A stretch of 64,000 bases of DNA from Ilumatobacteraceae bacterium (lineage in GTDB: Bacteria > Actinomycetota > Acidimicrobiia > Acidimicrobiales > Ilumatobacteraceae), in the NCBI GenBank assembly GCA_963716665.1, contig CAVQTY010000006.1, forward strand, positions 2,036 through 66,035, read 5' to 3'. The notes under the pieces are model-generated. The model made no database searches and was not told where the DNA came from. It saw only the letters and a program-made list of their open reading frames with translations. The position numbers were made by a program, and so were the translations under genes. Position 1 is the stretch's first letter. Each line of letters begins with the position of its first letter. Shown here piece by piece: positions 19,162 through 27,849 of the stretch.

Positions 19162-20331
19162 TCACCGCAGCAGCGCGTTGATCCGTTCTGGTGCCATGGC
19201 GTGTTCGATCGCCAGCACCGCCGCCCCGACGATGCCGGCGCGCATCCCCGACGCCGAGGCGAGGATGCGCAGGTCGGCGGTCGCCAGCGGCAGCGAGCGT
19301 TGGTACACGACCTCGCGCACGCCGGCGAGCAGCGGGTCGCCGGCGTCGGCGAGTGATCCACCGATGACGATGATGCTCGGGTTGAGCAGGCTGACGGCGC
19401 TGGCGAGCACCTCACCGATCGTCCGTCCGGCGTCGCGGATCAGCCCGATCGCCGGCGTCGAACCGGACCTCGCCAGGGCGACGACGTCGCGGCTCGACCC
19501 GGCCTCGATCCCGAGCTCTCCGAGGGCGCGGGCAACCGCCGCGCCCGATGCGACGGCTTCCAGGCAGCCGACGTTGCCGCACCGGCACAACGCCGAGACG
19601 TCGCCGGGCACCTGGACGTGGCCGAGGTCGCCGGCGGCGCCGTTGGCGCCACGGCGCAGCGCCCCGTCGCTGATGATGCCGCACCCGATCCCGGTGGCGA
19701 CCTTGACGAACATCAGATGGTCGACGTCAGGGAACGTCAGAAAACGCTCGCCGAGGGCCATCACGTTGACGTCGTTGTCGACGACGACTTCGGCGCCGCG
19801 CAGCGACTCCCGAACGAAGCCGGGTACGTCGAAGCCGTCCCAGCCGGGCATGATCGGCGGGCTGGTCGGCCTGCCCGTGGCGAACTCGACCGGTCCGGGC
19901 ACGCCGACGCCGACCGCCACCACGTCGGTGATGCGGCGGCCGGCGCGGCGCACGAGCACCTTGCCGCGGTCGACGACCCAGGCGAGGACCTTCTCCGGGC
20001 CGACACCGATGTCGAGGTCGACGACGTCGTCGGCGAGCACCGTGGCAGCGAGATCACTCACCGCAAGGCGCACGTGGGTCGCCCCGATGTCGGCACCGAG
20101 GACGACCCGAGCCCGTGGGTTGAAGGCGAAGCGCGCCGGTGGGCGGCCGCCGGTCGATGTCGCCTCACCCGCCGCACCGACAAGACTGCTGGTGATGAGC
20201 GTGTCGACACGCTGGGCGACCGTGGATCGACCGAGGCCGGTCTCGGCGGCGAGCTCGCTGCGCGTCCGTGGCGTGCCGTCGCGCAGTAGCTGCAGCAGGG
20301 CACCGGCACTACCGGCGCGGTGGCTCTCCAC
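19162..20331 (-). CDS. ROK family transcriptional regulator (NagC/XylR-like)
   Basis: N-terminal HTH RTRSELAAETGLGRSTV, STGGRPP, DNDVN, CRCGNVGCLE. Confidence 0.93.
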   Translation of the reverse strand: MESHRAGSAGALLQLLRDGTPRTRSELAAETGLGRSTVAQRVDTLITSSLVGAAGEATSTGGRPPARFAFNPRARVVLGADIGATHVRLAVSDLAATVLADDVVDLDIGVGPEKVLAWVVDRGKVLVRRAGRRITDVVAVGVGVPGPVEFATGRPTSPPIMPGWDGFDVPGFVRESLRGAEVVVDNDVNVMALGERFLTFPDVDHLMFVKVATGIGCGIISDGALRRGANGAAGDLGHVQVPGDVSALCRCGNVGCLEAVASGAAVARALGELGIEAGSSRDVVALARSGSTPAIGLIRDAGRTIGEVLASAVSLLNPSIIVIGGSLADAGDPLLAGVREVVYQRSLPLATADLRILASASGMRAGIVGAAVLAIEHAMAPERINALLR

Positions 20332-20373
20332 CGTCGTATTGAACCACACCGACTTTCCATCGCACCAGAGCAT

Positions 20374-20408
20374 CTTCTGCTTGACAACCGGCAGAAGCCG
20401 TCTAGGGT
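20374..20408 (+). promoter_or_regulatory. Sigma-70-type promoter with overlapping inverted-repeat operator
   Basis: TTGACA (20381) - 16 bp - TAGGGT (20403); CTTCTGC-N10-GCAGAAG brackets the -35 box. Confidence 0.6.
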
Positions 20409-20514
20409 CGCGAACAGCAGCGGTCGCCGCGCGGGGACGCGGATCCGGCACCAATCTCCTGATCAACAGGGGCCAGCCAGGAGACACCTGGCACGAACCA
20501 AGGGGGAGACCCAC

Positions 20515-21621
20515 ATGAGAACACAGAAGTCACGGCTCGGCGTCGCCGCGCTGTCGGCACTCGCTCTGACCGTTGCCACCGGCATCGGTGCTGGTGCCTC
20601 GACGGACACCACTGAGCCGTCCGGCACGGAGCCTGCCGGCACGGAGCCGGCGGGCAGCGAGCCGGCGGGCACGGCGGCAGCCGGCGGCGACTTCGTCGTC
20701 GGTGTGAGCAACACGCTCGCCGGCAACGGCTGGCGGGAGGAGATGATCTGCTCGGTCAAGGCCCAGTCACTCGCCAGCGGTCAGGTCAGCGAGGTCATCG
20801 TCGTTTCCCGAAATGGCGGACCGACGGAGCAGATCCAGGATCTGCAGAACCTCATCTCCCAGGGTGTCGACGCGATCATCCTCAACCCATCCGACCGCGA
20901 GCAGCTCAACCCGGTCATCGAGGAGGCGATCGCCCAGGGCATCGTCGTCGTCGCCGTCGACCAGGCGGTGACCGCCGAGGGTGCCTACGTCGTCACCAAC
21001 GACCAGGTCGAGTACGGCCGGCTCGGCGCCCAGTGGCTCGCCGACTACCTCGGTGGTGAGGGCAGCGTGCTGTACATGCGTGGCATCGAGGGTGTGCCCG
21101 CCGACGACGACCGCAACACCGGCTTCTCCGAGGTGATGGAGCAGAATCCGGACATCGAGCTCAAGGAGGTGTACAGCGGCTGGGACTTCGCCCAGGGCGG
21201 CGACATCGCCGTGCAGGAACTGACCGCCAGTGACTACGACGCGATCTGGACGTCGGGCATCGACTACACCGTCGTCAACGCCTTCGATACGGTCGGCAAG
21301 GAGCCGGTGCCGGTCATCGGCGCCGACAACAACGAGTTCATCAACCAGCTGCTCAATGGCCAGCCCGGTGCTCTCGTGACCAACCCAGCCGTGATCGGCG
21401 CCGCCGGCACGGCGGTCGCCCTCGAAGCGCTGACGGGCGGCGAGCCGGAGCAGCAGACCTTGCTCACGCCGCAGATCTGGGACCTGGAGAACAACCAGAC
21501 GGAGCTCGAGGAGAACTACTTCCCCGACCGTGACGACACGTTCTCGTCGGCCGTCTCCATCGAGGGGATGACCAACTACACGCCCGAGCAGCTCTTCGAG
21601 TGCAAGGGCCCCGGCGAGTAA
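20515..21621 (+). CDS. Sugar ABC transporter substrate-binding protein (RbsB-like)
   Basis: Signal peptide, GTEPA repeats, QIQDLQNLISQGVDAIILNP. Confidence 0.92.
   Translation: MRTQKSRLGVAALSALALTVATGIGAGASTDTTEPSGTEPAGTEPAGSEPAGTAAAGGDFVVGVSNTLAGNGWREEMICSVKAQSLASGQVSEVIVVSRNGGPTEQIQDLQNLISQGVDAIILNPSDREQLNPVIEEAIAQGIVVVAVDQAVTAEGAYVVTNDQVEYGRLGAQWLADYLGGEGSVLYMRGIEGVPADDDRNTGFSEVMEQNPDIELKEVYSGWDFAQGGDIAVQELTASDYDAIWTSGIDYTVVNAFDTVGKEPVPVIGADNNEFINQLLNGQPGALVTNPAVIGAAGTAVALEALTGGEPEQQTLLTPQIWDLENNQTELEENYFPDRDDTFSSAVSIEGMTNYTPEQLFECKGPGE
20611..20672 (+). repeat. 15-bp coding tandem repeat (TEPSG/TEPAG/SEPAG linker)
   Basis: About four copies of a GGCACGGAGCC(T/G)GC-like unit. Confidence 0.7.
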
Positions 21622-21646
21622 CCGGACACCATCCAATGGTTTGTGC

Positions 21647-21679
21647 CAGCCGGGCGACTCACACCGGGTCGCCCGGCTG
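21647..21679 (+). terminator. Intergenic stem-loop after the SBP gene (mRNA stabiliser or attenuator)
   Basis: CAGCCGGGCGAC-N9-GTCGCCCGGCTG. Confidence 0.6.
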
Positions 21680-21696
21680 ACACGCAAACAAGTGCC

Positions 21697-23181
21697 ATGA
21701 CCACCCCGCTGCTGCAGACGGCGGCCGTCGCCAAGACGTTCGGGACGGTGGTCGCCCTGCGCGCCGTCGACCTCGCCGTCGCCCCCGGCGAGGTCCACGC
21801 CCTGCTCGGCGCCAACGGCGCCGGCAAGTCGACGCTCGTGAAGATCCTCACCGGCGTGCTGCGCGCCGACGCGGGGGCGATCAGCATCCACGGCGAACCG
21901 GCGGCCCTGAATCGTCCGGGCGACGCCCGACGCCGTGGCCTGGCGCCGGTTTTCCAGGATCCGGCGCTGGCACCCGATCTCACCCTCGCCGAGAACTTCC
22001 GCCTCACGGGCGCCGACGTCGGCGCCGTCAAGCGGCATCTCGTCGAGATGGACCTCGGGGGGCTCGACCTCGGCGAACAGGTGCGTGACGTCCCCCTGCC
22101 GTTCCTCCGCATGCTCGATCTGGCCCGGGCGTTGACGTTCGACCCGCAGCTGCTACTCCTCGATGAAATCACCGCCGCCCTACCCCCTGACCTGTCCGAG
22201 CGCGTCTTCGCGGTGATGCGTCGGTGGCGCGAGCGCAACCGCTCCGTGCTGTTCATCTCCCACCGCCTCGCCGAGGTGCGCGAGCACTGCGACATGTGCA
22301 CCGTGCTGCGTGACGGCCGTGACGTCGCCTCGTTCGTTCCCGGCGAGGGTGGCGAGGCGGCGATCGTGAAGGCCATGCTCGGCGAGGCCGCCGCGGGCGT
22401 GCGCGACGAAGCGCGTACGCGGGCGGCCACCTCGACGGTCGGCGAGAGGCCGGTGCTGGAAGCCCGGGGCGTCGGCGCCGGCCGCCAGCTGGACGACGTC
22501 AGCCTCGCCGTTGCGCCGGGCGAGGTGCTCGGCCTCGCCGCCCTCGAAGGCCAGGGCCAAGAGGCGTTGTTCGAGATCCTCGCCGGCGATCGCAAGCCGG
22601 ACCGTGGCGAGTTGGTCGTCGACGGCCGTCCCGTGCGCGCTCGCCATCCGTTTGACGTCATCCGCCGTGGCGTGGTGCTCGTCCCGGCCGACCGTCTCCA
22701 CGCGTTGCTGCCGCCACGGTCGATCCGCGAGAACATCGCCCTCCCGTTGTTCAACCGTGTCGCCAAGTGGGGTCCGATCGCCCCGGCTCAGGAGCGCGCC
22801 CGCGTCGACGAGGCGGTCAGCCGGCTGTCGATCGACACACGTGCGGCGAGCCAGGTGCGCCGGCTCTCCGGCGGCAACCAGCAGAAGGTGACGATCGCCC
22901 GCTGGCTCGCCGGCGGGCTGCGCGTGATGCTCCTGTTCGACCCGACCCGGGGCATCGACGTCGGTACCAAGCACCAGGTGTACGACCTCGTCCGCGCCCT
23001 CGCCGACGAGGGTGCAGCGGTGTTGATGTTCACCAGCGAGCTGCGCGAGATCGGACTCGTGTGCGATCGCGCCGTCGTGCTCCACGGCGGACGGATCGTC
23101 GCCGAGCTGCCCCCCGACGCCGGCGAGAGCGCAATGCTCACCGCCGCCCACGGCCTCGCCCCCGAGGAGAGCGTGGCATGA
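21697..23181 (+). CDS. Sugar ABC transporter ATP-binding protein (two-domain)
   Basis: [35 protein letters not shown]. Confidence 0.95.
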   Translation: MTTPLLQTAAVAKTFGTVVALRAVDLAVAPGEVHALLGANGAGKSTLVKILTGVLRADAGAISIHGEPAALNRPGDARRRGLAPVFQDPALAPDLTLAENFRLTGADVGAVKRHLVEMDLGGLDLGEQVRDVPLPFLRMLDLARALTFDPQLLLLDEITAALPPDLSERVFAVMRRWRERNRSVLFISHRLAEVREHCDMCTVLRDGRDVASFVPGEGGEAAIVKAMLGEAAAGVRDEARTRAATSTVGERPVLEARGVGAGRQLDDVSLAVAPGEVLGLAALEGQGQEALFEILAGDRKPDRGELVVDGRPVRARHPFDVIRRGVVLVPADRLHALLPPRSIRENIALPLFNRVAKWGPIAPAQERARVDEAVSRLSIDTRAASQVRRLSGGNQQKVTIARWLAGGLRVMLLFDPTRGIDVGTKHQVYDLVRALADEGAAVLMFTSELREIGLVCDRAVVLHGGRIVAELPPDAGESAMLTAAHGLAPEESVA

Positions 23182-24188
23182 GTGTCACGACGTTCGACGG
23201 GATGGTCACGACGCTGCCGGAGCCGTCGAGCCGGTTCTCCAGGCTCGTCCGCCGGCAGGGCTGGACGTTCGGCGTCGCCATCCTCCTCGTCTTCCTGACG
23301 GCGTGGCGCTTCTCGCAGCTCGACGATGTCGGTGGCTTCGCCCTCCGCACGATCACCGCCGGTTCGATGACCTTGGCCTTCCTCGCCATGGCCCAGAGCG
23401 TGATCGTCATCTCCGGCGGGATCGACCTGTCGATCGGGGCCAAGATGGTGCTGGCCAACTGCCTGTCGGCGCTGTGGATGGAGGATCAAGGGATCGCCGC
23501 ATGCGTCGGGTTCGCCCTTCTCGCGATCGTGATCACGACGGCGGTATCGGCCGTGACCGGCATGATCATCACGGCCTCAGGGGTCCCCGACATCATCGCC
23601 ACCCTGGCCGCCTCGTTCACCCTGTCCGGCCTCGCTCTCTTCATCATCGGTGGTCCGGGCGGCGGGACGTCGCCCGACTTCCAGCGCTTCGTCGTCGGCA
23701 GCTTCTCCAACGTCTGGCCATCCGTGCTGTGGACCGTCGGTGTGCTCGTCCTCGTCGCCGTCCCGCTGCGGTTCACGCGGCCAGGACTCGGGATCTACGC
23801 CGTCGGGAGCGATCGCAAGGCGGCGTTTCTGTCCGGGGTCGCCGTCAACCGCACCCGCATCCTCGCCTACACCGTCGGTGGCTTCCTCGCCGGGTGTGCC
23901 GGAGTGGTCACCACGGCCTACACCGGCGGCGGTGAGCCCCGTGCCCGCATCGCCAACGACTTCACGTTGAACAGCGTTGCTGCCGCCGTGCTCGGCGGTG
24001 TCGCCCTCACCGGCGGCATTGGTGGCCTGACCGGGCCGGTGCTCGCCGCGCTGTGCCTGTCGCTGATCCCGGCGATCATGCTCGGGCTCGGCTGGGACCC
24101 GAACAATGCCGAGACCGCCCGCGGCGTGATCATCATCCTCGTCGTACTCGTGGGTGGCTTGCTGCAAGCGAGGCGGCGCAAGTCATGA
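23178..24188 (+). CDS. Sugar ABC transporter permease
   Basis: SGGIDLSIG, IYAVGS, AAVLGG; multiple TM segments. Confidence 0.92.
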   Translation: MSVTTFDGMVTTLPEPSSRFSRLVRRQGWTFGVAILLVFLTAWRFSQLDDVGGFALRTITAGSMTLAFLAMAQSVIVISGGIDLSIGAKMVLANCLSALWMEDQGIAACVGFALLAIVITTAVSAVTGMIITASGVPDIIATLAASFTLSGLALFIIGGPGGGTSPDFQRFVVGSFSNVWPSVLWTVGVLVLVAVPLRFTRPGLGIYAVGSDRKAAFLSGVAVNRTRILAYTVGGFLAGCAGVVTTAYTGGGEPRARIANDFTLNSVAAAVLGGVALTGGIGGLTGPVLAALCLSLIPAIMLGLGWDPNNAETARGVIIILVVLVGGLLQARRRKS

Positions 24189-26401
24189 GCGGGGACCCGG
24201 AGGCCAGCGCCGTCGCCATCGTCGACGAAGAGGGCCACGTCCCGTCCGCCCAGGAGTCGACACAGGTCGTCGCCGCCATCGTCGAACAGAGCGCCCGGCC
24301 GGGCTGGCGCACGCGCCTCGCCGAGAACCCGACGATCGTGCTGTGCGGCGTCGTCATCGTGCTCTACGCCGTGACGGCGTGGAAGGACGACAGCCTGCTC
24401 ACCGCTCCGGGCGTCCGCTCGATCCTGTTGCTGTCGTGCCCGCTGGCGATCTTCGCCGCCAGCCAGACGCTGTGCATGCTCACCGGCGGGATCGACCTGT
24501 CGATCGCGATGACCGCCAACCTCGCCGCCTACGTGGCCGCCACGCAGAGTGACCGTGGCGCCTGGATCGCGTTGGCGATGGCGCTCGGCATCGGCGTTGC
24601 CGTCGGTGTCACCAACGGCATCGCCATCGGGGTGATGAAGGTCAATCCGCTGATCATGACGCTCGGCATGGCGAGCGTGCTGCTCGGGATCATCACCGTC
24701 GGCATCCGCGGCTGGCTCTCGGGTTCGACCAACGTGTTGTCGGTCGTGCGCGAGGTCGGCTCGCAGCCGCTGATCGGCCCGCTGCCGAAGAACATCCTCG
24801 TGTGGGCGGTCGTTTCGATCCTGCTCATCTTCGGGCTGCGCGCGTCCGGCCTCGGTCGAACGATCTATGCCGTCGGCTCCAACCCGATCGCCTGCCGCCT
24901 CGCCGGCGTGCGCATCTGGCAGGTGCTCCTCGCCGTCTATGTGATGTCCGGGGTCTTGGCGGCGATCGGCGGGCTGATGTTCTCCGGCAGTACCGGCTCC
25001 GTCGGACCCGATCAGACGAACAGCTACTTGCTGCCGGCGGTAGCCGCCACGGTCATCGGCGGGACGTCGATCCTCGGCGGTATCGGTGGCTACACCGGCA
25101 CGATCCTCGGCGCCATCGTGCTGACCCTGCTCAACCGCCTGCTGCTGCGGCTGGACACGAGCGAGGCGTTCAAGCAGATGCTCTACGGAGTGATCGTGCT
25201 GCTGCTGGCGTGGCTGTACGTAAAGCTCAGCGGCCAGAAAGCGAGCGGATACCTGACACGCGCGGCGATCGTTGGGACCGGGTGGATGGCGGCGGTGCAC
25301 ACCGAGGCGTTGCGGCGCATCGGCGTCGAGGTCGTCGGCATGGTCGGCTCGTCGCCGGAGCGCACCCGGAGCAAGGCCAACCCGTTGCTGCCCGAGCCGT
25401 ACGACTCGCTCGACGGGCTGCTCGCCGTCAGCGACCTCGACGCCGTGCACATCACCAGCCCCAACGACGTCCACGCCGAGCAGGCCCGGGCGGCGATCGC
25501 CGCCGGCAAGCACGTCATCTGCGAGAAGCCGCTCGGCGTCGACGCCACCGAGACCGCCGAGCTCGTCCGCCTCGCAGCCGACGCCGGCGTCGTCAACGCG
25601 GTGTGTTTCAACGCCCGCTTCTACCCGCACAACCAGCACGCCGCCGCCCTCGTCAACGCCGGCGAGATCGGCCATCCACGGCTGATCAGCGGCCAGTACC
25701 TGCAGGACTGGCTGCTCCTCGAGACGGACTGGAACTGGCGCCTCGACGCCGCCCGCCAGGGCTCGTTGCGCGCCGTCGCCGATATCGGCTCGCACTGGCT
25801 CGATCTCGTTCAGTTCGTCAGCGGTCAGCGCGTCGTCGAGGTGTTCGCCGACCTGCATACGTTCATCACCGAGCGGCGCCGGCCGACCGGCGAGGTCGAG
25901 ACGTTCGCCGCGGCCCGGGTCGACGCCGAGGTGCCACGGGTCCGCGAGCACATGGAGAGCGACGACGCCGCCGGCCTGCTGCTGCGCTTCGACGGCGGAG
26001 CGCGCGGCGTCTGCACGATCAGCCAGGTGTCGGCGGGACGGCGCAACCGGCTGGCGTGGGAGATCGACGGCGACGAGTCGGCGCTGGCCTGGGCGGCCGA
26101 CGATCCTGACCACCTGTGGATCGGCCACCGCGGCCGCCCCAACGAGATTGTCGAGAAGGACCCGGCGCTGCTGACGCCCGAAGGAGCTGCCGCCACGGCG
26201 TTCCCGGGAGGTCACGTCGAGGGGTATCCGGACACGTTCCGCGCGTTCCTGACTGCGGTGTACGCCGATGTCGCCGCCGGCGCACCGTCGACGCCGGCGC
26301 GCTACCCGACGTTCGCCGACGGTCACGACATCATGGCCGTGTGCGACGCCGTCGCCGAATCGGCGAACACCCAGTCGTGGGCGAAGGTCGACCGCGCATG
26401 A
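24185..26401 (+). CDS. Sugar ABC permease fused in frame to a Gfo/Idh/MocA oxidoreductase
   Basis: Permease (TGGIDLS, VIGGTSILGG) runs to ~25240, then AAIVGTGWM, GKHVICEKP, DIGSHW, with no stop codon between them. Confidence 0.85.
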   Translation: MSGDPEASAVAIVDEEGHVPSAQESTQVVAAIVEQSARPGWRTRLAENPTIVLCGVVIVLYAVTAWKDDSLLTAPGVRSILLLSCPLAIFAASQTLCMLTGGIDLSIAMTANLAAYVAATQSDRGAWIALAMALGIGVAVGVTNGIAIGVMKVNPLIMTLGMASVLLGIITVGIRGWLSGSTNVLSVVREVGSQPLIGPLPKNILVWAVVSILLIFGLRASGLGRTIYAVGSNPIACRLAGVRIWQVLLAVYVMSGVLAAIGGLMFSGSTGSVGPDQTNSYLLPAVAATVIGGTSILGGIGGYTGTILGAIVLTLLNRLLLRLDTSEAFKQMLYGVIVLLLAWLYVKLSGQKASGYLTRAAIVGTGWMAAVHTEALRRIGVEVVGMVGSSPERTRSKANPLLPEPYDSLDGLLAVSDLDAVHITSPNDVHAEQARAAIAAGKHVICEKPLGVDATETAELVRLAADAGVVNAVCFNARFYPHNQHAAALVNAGEIGHPRLISGQYLQDWLLLETDWNWRLDAARQGSLRAVADIGSHWLDLVQFVSGQRVVEVFADLHTFITERRRPTGEVETFAAARVDAEVPRVREHMESDDAAGLLLRFDGGARGVCTISQVSAGRRNRLAWEIDGDESALAWAADDPDHLWIGHRGRPNEIVEKDPALLTPEGAAATAFPGGHVEGYPDTFRAFLTAVYADVAAGAPSTPARYPTFADGHDIMAVCDAVAESANTQSWAKVDRA

Positions 26402-26414
26402 GGAGGTCACGACG

Positions 26415-27332
26415 ATGAAGCTCGGGTTGCTCACGGCGGCGTTTCCCGACACGCCGCTCACGGAGGTTGCCGACTGGGCCGGGACCAACGGCTTCTCGAT
26501 GCTCGAGGTCGCCTGCTGGCCGAGGGCCAATGGACCGTCGCGCCGCTACGCCGGTGTGTCGCACATCGACTGCGCCGCCCTCGGTGACGACGAGGCCAAG
26601 CAGGTCGTCGGCGAGCTCGCCGAGCGGGGCATCGAGATCTCCGGGCTCGGCTACTACCCCAACCCGTTGTCGCCCGACGTCGACCACCGCTCCGAGGTGA
26701 TCGCTCACCTCAACCGGGTCATCGAGGCCGCCGAGAAGCTCGGCGTGCCGGTCGTCAACACGTTCATCGGCAACGACAAGTCCAGGTCGCTGACGGAGAA
26801 CTTCGCCGAGTTCGAGAAGGTCTGGCCGGACATCGTGCGCCACGCCGCCGATCACGGCGTGAAGATCGCCATCGAGAACTGTCCGATGATCTTCTCCGCC
26901 GACGAGTGGCCGGGCGGCAACAATCTGATGTACGCCCCGGCGACGTGGCGTGACGTGTTCGGCGCGCTCGATGGCGACACGCTCGGCCTCAACCTCGACC
27001 CGTCGCACCTCGTGTGGCAGATGATCGACTACGAGCGGGTCGTGCGTGAGTTCGGCGAGCGGATCTACCACGTCCACGCCAAGGACATGGAGATCGACCG
27101 CGACGGCCTCTACGACCACGGGGTGATGTCGGCGGGGGTCGGCTGGCAGGTGCCGCGCCTGCCGGGACTCGGCGAGATCCGTTGGGACCGCTTCATCAGC
27201 GCCCTCTATCGGGTCGGCTACGACTACGCCGTCGTCGTCGAGCACGAGGATCGTGGCTTCGAGGGCAGCGACGAGAAGGTCAAGGCCGGGTTCCGCATCG
27301 CCCGCGACGCCGTCGCCCCATACATCGCCTGA
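26415..27332 (+). CDS. Sugar phosphate isomerase/epimerase family TIM barrel (IolE/AP-endonuclease-2 like)
   Basis: IAIENCP, LNLDPSHL, HVHAKD, PGLGEIRW, VEHED; AGGAGG RBS. Confidence 0.9.
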   Translation: MKLGLLTAAFPDTPLTEVADWAGTNGFSMLEVACWPRANGPSRRYAGVSHIDCAALGDDEAKQVVGELAERGIEISGLGYYPNPLSPDVDHRSEVIAHLNRVIEAAEKLGVPVVNTFIGNDKSRSLTENFAEFEKVWPDIVRHAADHGVKIAIENCPMIFSADEWPGGNNLMYAPATWRDVFGALDGDTLGLNLDPSHLVWQMIDYERVVREFGERIYHVHAKDMEIDRDGLYDHGVMSAGVGWQVPRLPGLGEIRWDRFISALYRVGYDYAVVVEHEDRGFEGSDEKVKAGFRIARDAVAPYIA

Positions 27333-27490
27333 CGTCCGCCGCCACGATTGCCGCGGCTTGAACTCTTTGGTCTCGTTGGCGACGTTGGTGGCGCCAACCA
27401 TGCCAGAGACACGACGGCCGCCCGCTTCTAGAGCAGCGCGCCTGACCGGCGCGACGGCCAGACCCATGGATCGCGAACGCGACATATTGG

Positions 27491-27575
27491 CGCCGCCTGA
27501 GGTCCGCCACGGTCGACCGGGGAACCGTCGTGGGGTAACTTTCGTCACAGAGTTCTGCCAACCTCGGAGGTAGCG
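27491..27575 (+). ncRNA. Structured 5' leader resembling a shortened ydaO/yuaA (c-di-AMP) riboswitch
   Basis: CGCCGCCT/AGGTAGCG closing stem, CCGGGG/CCTCGG stem, GGGGAACC...TGGGGTAA and GCCAACCTCGG motifs; the RBS GGAGG falls in the paired region. Confidence 0.4.
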
Positions 27576-27848
27576 ATGCCGTCTCCCGAACTTTTCGTAG
27601 ACACAGAACCACTGTTTGAGGGCGTCGGGGCCCTGCGCGAGCGCTTCGCCGCGGCCCAGGGGGCCGAAGCCGTACCGACCGTCACACTCAGCAACGCCAC
27701 GGGGACCGAGGTGTTGGGTCTGCTCGCGTCCCTGGCGAACGGCGTGCCGAGCACGATGGTCAGCCAGCTCGAGCTGGCCGCCCGGCTGATCAGCCTTGGA
27801 GCGCTCGACGTGATCGCCGCCGACTCGTGCCCGGTGGAGGACGATTGA
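27576..27848 (+). CDS. Small helical protein, probable WXG100-like/T7SS partner
   Basis: 90 aa, LFVDTEPL N-terminus, acidic C-terminus; GGAGG RBS; ends 1 bp before the toxin gene. Confidence 0.6.
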   Translation: MPSPELFVDTEPLFEGVGALRERFAAAQGAEAVPTVTLSNATGTEVLGLLASLANGVPSTMVSQLELAARLISLGALDVIAADSCPVEDD

Positions 27849-27849
27849 C

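Noticed and set aside
18389-20518. 709-aa plus-strand ORF
   Set aside because: Arg/Pro-rich off-frame read-through overlapping the SIS and ROK regulator genes.
20611-20672. Short tandem repeats (also 49380-49420 and 60860-60970) as CRISPR or VNTR elements
   Set aside because: They are in-frame Pro/Thr linker codons without unique spacers; no cas genes are present.
23918-26530. 870-aa minus-strand ORF
   Set aside because: Antisense shadow of the permease/dehydrogenase, typical of high-GC codon bias.
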